Assembly: GCA_963666565.1 (NCBI GenBank)
Contig: OY762911.1
Coordinates: forward strand, 3,200,001 to 3,264,000
Direction: 5' to 3'
From: Thermoanaerobaculia bacterium
GTDB taxonomy: Bacteria; Acidobacteriota; Thermoanaerobaculia; Multivoradales; Multivoraceae
Length of the DNA: 64,000 nucleotides
The position numbers and the translations under genes are program-made. The stretch's first letter is position 1. Each line of letters starts with the position of its first letter. The notes beneath the pieces are model-generated. The model ran no database searches. It had not been told where the DNA came from and worked only from the letters and a program-made list of their open reading frames with translations. This document shows positions 9,781 to 19,276 of the stretch, in pieces.

Positions 9781-11123
9781 CCTACGCCAGCGGGTAGAAG
9801 TTCGCCCATCAGCGAGTGGTCGAAGGCCCGGAGCGCCTTCACCCGGACCAGCGAACCGGTTTCCGCGGGTTGCCCGGCAACCGGGAAGTGGACGATCCGG
9901 TGACAGTCCGTGCGCCCCGACTGGTGCCCCGGACGCCGGCTCCAGCCGGTGACGAGGAGGTCGAACTCGCCGCCCACGAGTCGCTCGTTCAGCTCGCGCT
10001 GGATCGCGGACTGCGCCGCGAACACCCGCTGCAGCCGTTCGTCGGCGACCTCTCGGGGGACCTCGTCCGCCGCCGGCAGCCGGATCGCCGCCGTGTTCGG
10101 CCGGGGGCTGTACTTGAACGCGAACACGGAGGCGAAGCGCACTTCCTCGACCAGTTCCAGGGTGCGCCGGAAGTCGTCCTCCGTTTCGCCGGGGAAGCCG
10201 ACGATCAGGTCGGTGGACAGCGCCAGCCCGGAGCGCGCCGCGCGCAGGCGGTCGACCAGCCCGAGGTACTCCTCCACCGTGTAGCCCCTCCCCATCCGGC
10301 GCAGGACCCGGTTCGATCCCGACTGCACGGGAAGGTGAAGGTAGGGCGAGACGTTCCGGTGGCCGGCCACGGCGTCGATCATCCGGTCGGTGAAGTCGCG
10401 CGGATAGGAGGTCACGAACCGCAGGCGCTTCAGGCCGGGCAGCACGGCGGCGGCGTTCAGCAGATCCGCGAAGTCCAGGTCGCGGCCCGTCCCGCGCGGC
10501 GGCGCGGGCTCGCGCCAGTGGTTCACCGTCTGGCCCAGGAGCTCGATCTCGAGGAAGCCGTAGTCCAGCAGGTGCTCGACTTCGCGGAGGATCTCCTCCA
10601 TCGGGCGGCAGCGTTCCGGTCCCCTCGTGTTCGGAACGACGCAGAAGGTGCAGCGCTTGTTGCATCCCTCGATGATCGTGACCATCCCCTTGTGGGCGGT
10701 GTCGCGGTCGATCTCCTCGAAGTCGTAGGGGCGCTCGTCGGGAAAGCCGACCGCCAGCACCCGCTCGCCGCCGCGGCTGCGGGCGAGCACGGAACCGAGT
10801 TCGCTCACGCGGCCCGTGCCGACGACGAAGTCGAGGTCGGGAATCCTCCGCAGCGCTTCCTCGCCCTCCTGCTGGGCGACGCAGCCGCAGAATCCGATCC
10901 GCAGGTTCTCGCGGCCGCGCTTGAGCAGCCGGTACTCCCCCAGCCGCGAGTACGCCTTCTGGGCCGCCTTCTCCCGCACCGAACAGGAGTTCAGGAGGAT
11001 CAGGTCGGCCTCCTCCAGCGCGCGGGTCGGCAGCAGGCCCTGCTGCATCAACTGGCCGGCCATGCGCTGGCTGTCCAGTTCGTTCATCTGGCAGCCCCAG
11101 GTTTCGATGTAGAAGCGCTCCAC
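9777..11123 (-). CDS. miaB: tRNA-2-methylthio-N6-dimethylallyladenosine synthase
   Basis: ETWGCQMN, NSCSVREKA, radical-SAM CNKRCTFC, TDLIVGFPGET and YSPRPNT motifs. Confidence 0.95.
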   Translation of the reverse strand: MERFYIETWGCQMNELDSQRMAGQLMQQGLLPTRALEEADLILLNSCSVREKAAQKAYSRLGEYRLLKRGRENLRIGFCGCVAQQEGEEALRRIPDLDFVVGTGRVSELGSVLARSRGGERVLAVGFPDERPYDFEEIDRDTAHKGMVTIIEGCNKRCTFCVVPNTRGPERCRPMEEILREVEHLLDYGFLEIELLGQTVNHWREPAPPRGTGRDLDFADLLNAAAVLPGLKRLRFVTSYPRDFTDRMIDAVAGHRNVSPYLHLPVQSGSNRVLRRMGRGYTVEEYLGLVDRLRAARSGLALSTDLIVGFPGETEDDFRRTLELVEEVRFASVFAFKYSPRPNTAAIRLPAADEVPREVADERLQRVFAAQSAIQRELNERLVGGEFDLLVTGWSRRPGHQSGRTDCHRIVHFPVAGQPAETGSLVRVKALRAFDHSLMGELLPAGVG

Positions 11124-11198
11124 GGCGCGGAGACTACTACCCTGGCGGCCGGGAACCGCCGCGTTCGCGGCCGGGTACGGGCGCGCTGCCGGCGCCGG

Positions 11199-12968
11199 CT
11201 ACGCGGGAAACGCCCCGGCCTCGGCGAGCAGTTCCCGGACTTCCCCGGCGGTCGACGCGGCGACGCAGCGCCGGGCGAGCTCCTCCGCGTCGCCGACGTC
11301 CACGGTGCGCACGACCTCCTTGGTCAGCGGGACGTTCCGGGGACTCACCGAGAGCTGGCGCAGGCCCAGGCCGAGCAGCAGCGGCACGCACTCCGGGCTG
11401 GCCGCCATTTCGCCGCAGAGCGCCACCGGCGTCCGGCGCCTCCGGCCGGCCTCCACGACGAGCCGGATCATGCCGAGGACGGCCGGGTGCAGCGGCTGGT
11501 AGAGGCCGGCCACCTGTTCGTTCGTCCGGTCGACGGCCAGCGCGTACTGGATCAGGTCGTTCGTGCCGATCGACAGGAAGTCGACCTCGGCGGCAAGCTG
11601 GCGGGCGATGAGAACGGTCGCCGGCACCTCGACCATGGCGCCGATCTCCACGTCCCGCCGGTGCTCGACCCCCTCGGCCTCGAGTTCCGCGCACACCTCC
11701 GCGCAGAGGGCGCGCAGGGCCCTGATCTCCTCCAGCGCCGTCACCATCGGGACCATGATCCGCAGGTTTCCGAAGACCGCCGCGCGGAACAGGGCCCGCA
11801 ACTGGCTGCGGAAGATGTCCGTGCGGGCCAGCGTCAGCCGGATGCCGCGCAGCCCGAGCACCGGGTTCTCCTCTTCCTGCTGGCCCAATCCGCGCGCCAC
11901 CTTGCCGCCGCCCAGGTCGAGCGTGCGGACGACGACGGGCAGCGGCGCCAGGCCCTCCAGGAGTCCGCGGATGAGCGCCAGGTGCTCCTCCTCGCCGGGC
12001 AGTTCCGGGCTCCTCTCCAGGTACAGGAACTCGCTCCGGTAGAGACCGATGCCGGCGGCCCCGAAGCGCCGCACGTCCTCGCACTCCTCCGGCAGCTCGA
12101 CGTTCGCGAGCAGTTCGACCTCGACTCCGTCGCGGCTCCGGGCGGGCAGCTTCCGCGCCGCCGTCGTGAGCGATTCCTCCTTCCGCCGGCGCCGGCGCCG
12201 GAGCGACCGGTAGCGTTCCAGCGTTCCGGACGTCGGGTGCAGCGTCAGGCGCCCCTCTTCCCCGTCGACGATCACCGGGTCGTCGTCGGCGACGCGGTGC
12301 GTGATGTTGACGATTCCCGTGACCAGCGGCACGTCGAGGGCGCGGGCGACGATCGCCGTATGGGAGTTGGCGCCTCCCACCTCGATCGCGAAGCCGACCG
12401 CGCCGCGGCGGCCCAGGCGCAGCACCTCGTCCGGCGTCAGCTCGTGGCTGACGACGACGACGCTGCGGTCGAAGTCCTTGCCGAAGCCGGGCGTGCTCGT
12501 CCTGCCCGCCAGGGCGCGGAGCAGGTAGCGGGTGACGTCGCGCAGGTCCTCGCCGCGTTCCCGGAGGTGCTGGCTCTTGACCTGCGCGAACTTCTCGCCG
12601 AGATCGTCCGCGACCGCCTGTACCGCCCATTCGGCGTTCACCCGGTCTTCCCGGATCGTCCGGTCGATCCGGCGCGCGAACGAGGAGTCGCGGAGGATCA
12701 CCGAGTGGGCGTGGAAGATGGACGCCAGATCGCTGCCGTAGGTCTCGGCGATCCGGCTCTCGGTCGCTTCCAGTTCGGATTCGACCGTGCGCACGGCGGC
12801 GCCGAAGCGCTCGACCTCGCGGTCCAGGCCGCGCTCGCGGATCGGCACGCGAAGCACCTGAACGCCGTGGCCGCGCAGCGACACCGCCGGCCCGATCGCG
12901 ACGCCCGGCGCGGCGGCCGCGCCCTGGAGCGTCTCCTCCACGGTCGGAGGCCGTGCCGGCCGGCTCAC
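11199..12968 (-). CDS. ptsI: Phosphoenolpyruvate-protein phosphotransferase (PTS Enzyme I, no GAF domain)
   Basis: NSHTAI active-site His, GIGLYRSEFLY, ENPVLGLRGIR, FLSIGTNDLIQY and CGEMA motifs. Confidence 0.95.
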   Translation of the reverse strand: MSRPARPPTVEETLQGAAAAPGVAIGPAVSLRGHGVQVLRVPIRERGLDREVERFGAAVRTVESELEATESRIAETYGSDLASIFHAHSVILRDSSFARRIDRTIREDRVNAEWAVQAVADDLGEKFAQVKSQHLRERGEDLRDVTRYLLRALAGRTSTPGFGKDFDRSVVVVSHELTPDEVLRLGRRGAVGFAIEVGGANSHTAIVARALDVPLVTGIVNITHRVADDDPVIVDGEEGRLTLHPTSGTLERYRSLRRRRRRKEESLTTAARKLPARSRDGVEVELLANVELPEECEDVRRFGAAGIGLYRSEFLYLERSPELPGEEEHLALIRGLLEGLAPLPVVVRTLDLGGGKVARGLGQQEEENPVLGLRGIRLTLARTDIFRSQLRALFRAAVFGNLRIMVPMVTALEEIRALRALCAEVCAELEAEGVEHRRDVEIGAMVEVPATVLIARQLAAEVDFLSIGTNDLIQYALAVDRTNEQVAGLYQPLHPAVLGMIRLVVEAGRRRRTPVALCGEMAASPECVPLLLGLGLRQLSVSPRNVPLTKEVVRTVDVGDAEELARRCVAASTAGEVRELLAEAGAFPA

Positions 12969-13234
12969 GCGTCCTCCCCGAAGCGGTCCTCGACCAGATC
13001 GCAGATGGCGGTCACCGCCGCCTGCTCGTCCTCGCCCCGGCCGCGCACGGTCAGCATGGCGCCGCGCCCCGCGCCCAGCAGGAGGACGCCGAGGATGCTC
13101 CGCGCCTCCGCCTCGCGGCCGTTGGCCCGCAGCAGGACGCTCGACTCGAACCGGTTCGCGGTATGCACCAGCCTCGCCGCGGCGCGCCCGTGGAGCCCCA
13201 GTTCGTTGACGACCTCGACCACCCGCTCCGTCAT
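12965..13234 (-). CDS. HPr/NPr phosphocarrier protein
   Basis: NELGLHGRAAA (His15) and ARSILGVLLL (Ser46) motifs, 89 aa. Confidence 0.9.
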   Translation of the reverse strand: MTERVVEVVNELGLHGRAAARLVHTANRFESSVLLRANGREAEARSILGVLLLGAGRGAMLTVRGRGEDEQAAVTAICDLVEDRFGEDA

Positions 13235-13292
13235 CCGGCGGTCCGCCTGCGGCCGGCCCGCCGGTCGACGCGGAAGACGTGAACCGGCGCCG

Positions 13293-14189
13293 TCACGAGC
13301 CCGTTCCGGCGCCCGCGCGGCGGCGCTCGACATCGCGGTGCAGGAGGCGGATCTGCCACGCCCCCTCAGCCAGGCGGTCCGCCACCGCCTCGGAAACGGC
13401 GACCGAGCGGTGCCGCCCGCCGGTGCAGCCGATCCCGACCGTCAGGTAGCTCCGTTTCTCGTCGCGGAACCGGGGCAGGAGGTAGGACAGGAGTCCTTCC
13501 AGACGATCGACGAGCTCGCCGAACGCCTCGTGTCCGTGCAGGAAGCGCTGGACCTCCGTATCGGTTCCCGGTTTGTCGCGCAGTTCGGGGACGAAGTAGG
13601 GATTCGGCAGGAAGCGGACGTCGAACATCAGGTCGACGCCCGAGGGCACGCCGAACTTGAAGCCGAAGCTGACGACGTTGACCGTCAGTCCGCCGGCGTC
13701 GCTGGACGCGAACTCGTTGTAGATGGCCGCGCGGAGTTCGTGAATCGTCGAGTCCGTCGTGTCGAGGATGCGGGCGGCGCGGCCCCTCAGCTCCGCGAGC
13801 TGCCGCCGCTCCCGGCGAATGCCGTCGATCACCCGCTCCCCCGCCCCGGTCAGCGGATGGCGCCGGCGCGTCTCCGAGTAGCGGCGGACGAGGACGTCGT
13901 CGGAACTGTCGAGGAACAGCAGCACGGGTTCCACCACCGCCGGATCCGCCTCGTCCAGAAGCCGGGGCAGCTCCTTCGCCAGGCCGGGAGTGCGGGCGTC
14001 GGTGACGAGGACGATCGCCTCGAGGGAGGGGGCCGCCGCCGCCGGTTCCTGGACGAGGTGGCGCAGCAGAGGCAGCGGCAGGTTGTCGATGCAGTGGTAG
14101 CCCAGATCCTCGAAGCAGCGGGCCACCGTGCTCTTGCCCGAGCCGGAGAGACCGGTGACGACGAACAGGCGAACGGGCAAGTCAGACAC
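13293..14189 (-). CDS. rapZ: RNase adapter RapZ (YhbJ)
   Basis: TGLSGSGKS, RRYSETRRRHPL, FDVRFLPNPY and IGCTGGRHRSV motifs. Confidence 0.95.
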   Translation of the reverse strand: MSDLPVRLFVVTGLSGSGKSTVARCFEDLGYHCIDNLPLPLLRHLVQEPAAAAPSLEAIVLVTDARTPGLAKELPRLLDEADPAVVEPVLLFLDSSDDVLVRRYSETRRRHPLTGAGERVIDGIRRERRQLAELRGRAARILDTTDSTIHELRAAIYNEFASSDAGGLTVNVVSFGFKFGVPSGVDLMFDVRFLPNPYFVPELRDKPGTDTEVQRFLHGHEAFGELVDRLEGLLSYLLPRFRDEKRSYLTVGIGCTGGRHRSVAVSEAVADRLAEGAWQIRLLHRDVERRRAGAGTGS

Positions 14190-14640
14190 GCTCGTCGGCG
14201 CAGAGGAGCTCGTAGATCTCCTGCGGTTTCCTGGCCTTCAGCAGGCGCTTCCGGCCGCCGTGGTCGATCCACCACTCCGACACCGCGGCGAGCGCCTTGA
14301 GATGGCGGCCGGCGCTTTCCTGGGGCGAGAGCAGGACGAAGAAGACGCGGACCGGCCGTCCGTCCTCGGCGCCGTAGTCGACGCCCCGCCGGGAAACAGC
14401 CACCGCCAGAACGATGTCCCGCAGGCCGCGGATCCGCCCGTGGGGCACGGCCAGGCCGTCGCCGAGCGCGGTGGACCCCAGTTCCTCCCGTTCGCGCAGG
14501 GCGGACAGCACGACGTCCGGGTCGGTCAGTCCCAGCACGCGGCAGATGCGCTCGGTCAGGCCGCGCAGGGCGCCGTCCCGGCTCCTGGCCTCGAAGTCGG
14601 AGAAGATGAGTTGCGGCTTCGCCAGACTTGCCAGTTCCAT
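14182..14640 (-). CDS. ptsN: PTS EIIA (Ntr-type)
   Basis: REELGSTALGDGLAVPHG motif; located after rpoN. Confidence 0.85.
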   Translation of the reverse strand: MELASLAKPQLIFSDFEARSRDGALRGLTERICRVLGLTDPDVVLSALREREELGSTALGDGLAVPHGRIRGLRDIVLAVAVSRRGVDYGAEDGRPVRVFFVLLSPQESAGRHLKALAAVSEWWIDHGGRKRLLKARKPQEIYELLCADERV

Positions 14641-14671
14641 TGTCGCTCCGCGGTCCCTTCCCTGCCCGGTC

Positions 14672-16138
14672 TCAGAAGATCTGCTTTCGGTCGTTCGATG
14701 ACGGGATGCCCAGTTCGTCGCGGTACTTGGCGACCGTCCGCCGGGCGATGTTGATCCCCTCGTGCTGGAGGCGGCGCGTCAGCGCCGAATCGGAGAGCGG
14801 CTTGCGGCCGTTCTCGTCGCCGATCAGGTGCTTGAGCTTACGCTTCACCGTCAGCGAGGAGATCTCGCCTCCCCGGTCCCGTTCGATGCCACTGTGGAAG
14901 AAGAACTTCATCGGGTACAGGCCGCGCGGCGTGTGAATGTACTTGTTCGACACGACGCGGCTGACGGTCGACTCGTGCATGCCGATGTCGTCCGCCACGT
15001 CGCGCAGGACCATCGGGCGCATCTCGTCGAGCCCTCGGTCGAAGAAGCCGCGCTGCTGACGGAGAATGGACTCCGCCACCTTGTAGATGGTCCTCTGGCG
15101 CTGGTCCAGGCTCTTGATCAGCCACATGGCGGAGCGCATCTTGTCCTTCAGGAACTCGCGGGCCTCGGCCTCGCCTTCCTCACGCTGAATGCGCCGGAGC
15201 ATCGTCCGGTAGGCCCGGCTGATGCGCAGCCTCGGCAGGCCGTCGTCGTTCAACTGGATCGCCCACTCTCCTCCCGTCTTCACCGCCACGACGTCGGGCT
15301 CGACGTACTCCGTGCGTTCCCGCGAGAACAGGCGGCCGGGGCGGGTCTCCAGGGCCTTGATCTCCTCGACCGGCGCTTGGAGCGCCGGCAGGGGCGTGCG
15401 GAGGCGCCGGGCGATCAGCCGGAACTGCCGCCGGGCGAGCAGGTCCCAGCACTCGTCGACGATCCGGTAGGCCACGGTCCCGGCCCGGCCCTTGGCCTCG
15501 AGCTGCGCCAGCAGGCACTCGGGCAGCGTATGCCAGGCGATCCCCGGCGGGTCGAAGCTCCGCACCAGGTCCAGCGCCCGGTTCACCGCTTCGGCGGGCC
15601 GGGCGCCGAGGAGCTGGAGTTCCTCGACCGACGCGCGGAGGAAGCCGTCCGGGTCCAGGTTGCCGACGACCAGCTCCGCGACGTCCCGCAACGGCGGCTT
15701 CGCGTCGGACATGCGCAACTGCCACAGCAGGTGGTCGTGCAGATCCGGTTCCTGGCTGGCGTTGTTCTCGAGGGGCGCCGCCTCCCGGGCCTCGAACGTG
15801 TTCGCGGCCGTCGACTCCGATCCCAGGTAGTCGTTGAAGTAGGCGTCGAGGTCGATGTCGAGCATCGACGGCTCGGGCTCCGGTTCCTCGACCTCGGCCG
15901 CGGCGTCGCCGTCGGCCTCTTCCGCCGGGGCGGCCGCCTCGGCCTCCGGCGGCGTCTCTTCGTCGGATTCCGCCTCGTCCCCGGCATCCTCGAGCATCGG
16001 GTTCTCCACCATCTCCTGGTTGAGGACGCTCCGAAGCTCCAGGCGCGTCATCTGCAGCAACTTGATCGCCTGCTGGAGGGACGGCGTCATCACCAGCCGC
16101 TGGGCCAGCTTGAGCGAGAGTCTCTGTTGGAGCACCAT
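14672..16138 (-). CDS. rpoN: RNA polymerase sigma-54 factor
   Basis: LQQAIKLLQ, MHESTVSRV and the RpoN box ARRTVAKYR. Confidence 0.98.
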   Translation of the reverse strand: MVLQQRLSLKLAQRLVMTPSLQQAIKLLQMTRLELRSVLNQEMVENPMLEDAGDEAESDEETPPEAEAAAPAEEADGDAAAEVEEPEPEPSMLDIDLDAYFNDYLGSESTAANTFEAREAAPLENNASQEPDLHDHLLWQLRMSDAKPPLRDVAELVVGNLDPDGFLRASVEELQLLGARPAEAVNRALDLVRSFDPPGIAWHTLPECLLAQLEAKGRAGTVAYRIVDECWDLLARRQFRLIARRLRTPLPALQAPVEEIKALETRPGRLFSRERTEYVEPDVVAVKTGGEWAIQLNDDGLPRLRISRAYRTMLRRIQREEGEAEAREFLKDKMRSAMWLIKSLDQRQRTIYKVAESILRQQRGFFDRGLDEMRPMVLRDVADDIGMHESTVSRVVSNKYIHTPRGLYPMKFFFHSGIERDRGGEISSLTVKRKLKHLIGDENGRKPLSDSALTRRLQHEGINIARRTVAKYRDELGIPSSNDRKQIF

Positions 16139-16146
16139 GATCGCCT

Positions 16147-16197
16147 AGCAAGAGTAATGCCAGAGCAAGACGAATGCCAGCGCGACGGCATCGCCAG
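16147..16197 (-). promoter_or_regulatory. Tandem sigma-54 -24/-12 boxes with 17-bp period, upstream of rpoN
   Basis: Minus strand reads CTGGCGATGCCGTCGCG | CTGGCATTCGTCTTGCT | CTGGCATTACTCTTGCT. Each has GG-N10-GC, and two match the TGGCA..TTGCT consensus. Confidence 0.75.
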
Positions 16198-16277
16198 CGG
16201 GCCGGTCGGAAGACCCGCGCAACCGGCGGGCGGCCGGTTCCCCGCGGGTCGGCGCCGCAATCCCGCGGGGCGGCCGC

Positions 16278-17021
16278 CTAGAGAGTGAACTCGGCGCCGA
16301 GGTAGATCTTGCGGACCGTCTCGTCGGCCGACAGTTCGGCGGGAGTGCCGGTACGCAGGATGCGTCCGTCGTTGATGATGTAGGCGCGGTCGGTGATCCT
16401 GAGCGTCTCGCGGACGTTGTGGTCGGTGATCAGGACGCCGATGCCCATGTCGCGAAGCTGGCGGACGATGGCCTGGATGTCGAGCACGGCGATCGGATCG
16501 ATGCCGGCGAACGGCTCGTCGAGGAGGATGAAGCTGGGGCCGATCGCCAGCGCCCGGGCGATCTCCAGCCGCCGCCGCTCGCCTCCCGAGAGCTGGTTCC
16601 CCTTCGAACGCCGCACGCCGACCAGGTCGAAGTCGGCGATCAACTGGTTCATCCGCCGGCGCTGCTCGGCGCGGCGGAGGCCCAGGGTCTCGAACACGGC
16701 GCGGAGGTTGCCCTCGACGGAGAGCCGCCGGAACACGGAGGGCTCCTGCGGCAGGTAACTGATCCCCTGCTGCGCGCGCAGGTACATCGGCAGGTCGGTG
16801 ATCTCGACGTCGTCGAAGAAGACCCGTCCCCGGTCCGGCCGGGTGAGCCCGACGACGATGTAGAACGTCGTCGTCTTGCCCGCGCCGTTCGGTCCGAGCA
16901 GGCCCACGACCTCCCCCTGGGCGACCTCGATCGAGACGTCCTGGACCACGGGCCGGCCCCGGTACACCTTCCGCACCTCCTCGGTGCGGATGCGGTGGCG
17001 GGATGCGGGACGTTCCGTCAC
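16278..17021 (-). CDS. lptB: LPS export ABC transporter ATPase
   Basis: [44 protein letters not shown] and [10 protein letters not shown] motifs. GTG start overlaps the upstream stop. Confidence 0.95.
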   Translation of the reverse strand: MTERPASRHRIRTEEVRKVYRGRPVVQDVSIEVAQGEVVGLLGPNGAGKTTTFYIVVGLTRPDRGRVFFDDVEITDLPMYLRAQQGISYLPQEPSVFRRLSVEGNLRAVFETLGLRRAEQRRRMNQLIADFDLVGVRRSKGNQLSGGERRRLEIARALAIGPSFILLDEPFAGIDPIAVLDIQAIVRQLRDMGIGVLITDHNVRETLRITDRAYIINDGRILRTGTPAELSADETVRKIYLGAEFTL

Positions 17022-19267
17022 GGGTCGCCGGTTGCCGCTGCCGTGCCGCCGGACGATCCCATCTCGTAGCGGCCCCGGTCGATCCAGTAGACGAGGCTGG
17101 TTCCGCGCAGTTCGTCCGTTCCCTCCCGCAGCACGACGTCGCCGAGGAGGCGGATCCTGCGCTCGGCGACGTCGTAGATCGCCCGGTCCGCTTCCGTCGA
17201 GCGGCCGGCGCCGATGCCGCCCAGGCGGGCGTTGCCAAGGCAGAACAGGGTCTCCGCCCGGAACTCCTCCGCCGCCGGGTCGCCGGGCGCGCCCTCGACG
17301 GTCAGTTCGTCGCACTCCAGGTTCTGCTCGCCGAGGACGGCCTCGGCGCCGCCGCTGTAGCGGAGCTCGCCGGAGTCCGCGTCGTAGTTCAGGCGGTCCG
17401 CCGCGATGGTCCACGATTCCGGCGCGGTCTCCGTGCCGGCTTCCCCAGCCGCCGGGCCTTCGGCGGTTGACGCCTCGACAGCCGGCGGCCGCGCGTGCCA
17501 GACGGTGCGGACGCCGCCGTCGGCGACCAGCCACCCGCGGTCGGCCGGGATCCGCAACTGGGCGGCTGCCAGCAGGTCGGGGCCGCGGCGCACCTCCACC
17601 CCGTCGCGAAACCGGCTCTCGCTCCCCTCGCAAAGCCGCGCGTCTCCGGCCGTGACGACCGACGGGCCGGCGTCCGCCCCGCCCGGACCGAGCGGCAGGG
17701 CGGCGCTCCCGGACTCGCCGTCGGCGGCAAGCGCGATCCGAACCGCTCCGGTCGCTTCGGAGCAGCCGTTCGCCGGGTCGTGGACGATCCGGGCGCCCTC
17801 GAGTTGGCCCTCGGGATGGCTCAGCGTGGCGGGTTCGCCCCGCAGGTCGACGCGCTGCGCCGAGGGGTCGATCGTCGCCGCGCCGGCGCGCGCAACGACC
17901 GTCGAGCCGCTCCGGTCGGTCAGTTCGACGTTGCCGCCGAGGGTCAGTTCGACGAGGGCGCCCGCCGCGTCGAAACGCCCGCCGGCGACGACGCTCGAGG
18001 CCTCCCGCAGGGGCTGCTTCCTGCCGGGAACGCGTTCGTCGAGCTCGACCCGGCCGCGCGACGCGAACTCGGCGATTACGCCTTCCTCGAAGGCGAATTC
18101 AAGGAGCCGCGCCCGGATGCGGCGCTGCGCTCCGTCCGCATGGTCGAGGCGCAGGACGGCCGGCCCGCCCCAGGCCGGGCCGCCGAGGGTGACCCGGTGC
18201 GGGAGCTGGGCCTCGTCGAACTCGACGTTCAGGGCGTCCCCGCGCAGGATCAGGACGGACTCTTCGGCCGGCGCGCCGCCGTTCCCCGCCGCCGCTTCTC
18301 CGTCGCCGAAGGGGGCGCTCAGTTCGATCTGGCCGCGGGCCTCGAGGCTTGCGAGCGTGCCCGTTTCGCTCCGGGTCAGGACCACCGACCGGGCGGCCAG
18401 CGAGAAGTCCCCGAGCCGCATCTCGGCGCCGCCCAGAGCCCGCACGATCCCGGCGCCCCACCGGTACTCCAGGGTCTCGGCGGCCAGGGAGAGCGCCTGC
18501 GAGGGGTCGGCTGCCGGCGCTTCGCCGCCACCCTCCGGCGTCTCCGCGCCGGTCAGCCGGACGCCGCCGCCCATGCGGGCGATCTCTTCGCGGAAGTTCA
18601 TCCGCAGGCCGTCGCCCCGCGCCGCGACTCCCGCGAAGCCGAAGCGGCTGTCGTCGGCCGCGGTCAGGAGCATGCCGCCCCGCGCCAGGTCCATCCAGTC
18701 GGCGTCGACCGTCAGGCCGTTCGTCCCCTGGAGGGACACGTCGCCCTGAAGATGGGTCGCCTGCGTCTCCTCGTTGTACTCGGCGCCGCCGGCGCTCAGG
18801 GAGTAGCGGTCTTCGCCACGCGGGTAGTCGACCTCGACCTGGTTCAGGATCACGTTGCCCCGTTCGTCCTCGCTGGTCCGGGCGCCGCGGATGCGGAACA
18901 CCTCCACCCCGTCGCGCTCGAGGGCGGACTCGAACTGCCCGGCGCGCAGCCGGGCGGTCTCGGCGACCGCTTCCCCTTCTCCGGGGGCCGCTTCCGGTTC
19001 CGCGCCCGCCGCGACGGCCCCGGTGGGCGCCGAGGCGTTTGCGGCCGCGTTCCGTTCCTGCCGTCCGTCCAGGAAGATCGCGGTCAGGCCGCCGACGCCG
19101 GCCGCCAGGAGCAGCAGCAGCGCCGCCCTCAGCAGGCGGTTCCGCAACTGGCGCCGCCTGCCGAAGTTCGGGTCGCGGCGGCGGGACGGGGCATAGGCCG
19201 GGCCGGGGCCCGGCCCCTCCTGCGAAGGGGCCCGCTCCGGCGGCTCGAGCGGTGCGTCCGCGGTCAT
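17018..19267 (-). CDS. Large LptC/LptA (OstA-like) beta-jellyroll protein
   Basis: N-terminal TM anchor, repeated beta-strand-rich segments and a C-terminal LptA-like ADRAIYD...LRGTSLVY. Directly upstream of lptB. Confidence 0.75.
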   Translation of the reverse strand: MTADAPLEPPERAPSQEGPGPGPAYAPSRRRDPNFGRRRQLRNRLLRAALLLLLAAGVGGLTAIFLDGRQERNAAANASAPTGAVAAGAEPEAAPGEGEAVAETARLRAGQFESALERDGVEVFRIRGARTSEDERGNVILNQVEVDYPRGEDRYSLSAGGAEYNEETQATHLQGDVSLQGTNGLTVDADWMDLARGGMLLTAADDSRFGFAGVAARGDGLRMNFREEIARMGGGVRLTGAETPEGGGEAPAADPSQALSLAAETLEYRWGAGIVRALGGAEMRLGDFSLAARSVVLTRSETGTLASLEARGQIELSAPFGDGEAAAGNGGAPAEESVLILRGDALNVEFDEAQLPHRVTLGGPAWGGPAVLRLDHADGAQRRIRARLLEFAFEEGVIAEFASRGRVELDERVPGRKQPLREASSVVAGGRFDAAGALVELTLGGNVELTDRSGSTVVARAGAATIDPSAQRVDLRGEPATLSHPEGQLEGARIVHDPANGCSEATGAVRIALAADGESGSAALPLGPGGADAGPSVVTAGDARLCEGSESRFRDGVEVRRGPDLLAAAQLRIPADRGWLVADGGVRTVWHARPPAVEASTAEGPAAGEAGTETAPESWTIAADRLNYDADSGELRYSGGAEAVLGEQNLECDELTVEGAPGDPAAEEFRAETLFCLGNARLGGIGAGRSTEADRAIYDVAERRIRLLGDVVLREGTDELRGTSLVYWIDRGRYEMGSSGGTAAATGDP

Positions 19268-19276
19268 GCCGGCATT

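Noticed and set aside
9816-14300. Very long alternative ORFs (e.g. 9816-14300 +, 4463-8230 -, 17495-21127 +, 43123-46227 +, 53300-57181 -)
   Set aside because: These are antisense or off-frame shadows of well-supported genes, expected in high-GC DNA. They have R/G/P/A-rich composition and no recognisable motifs.
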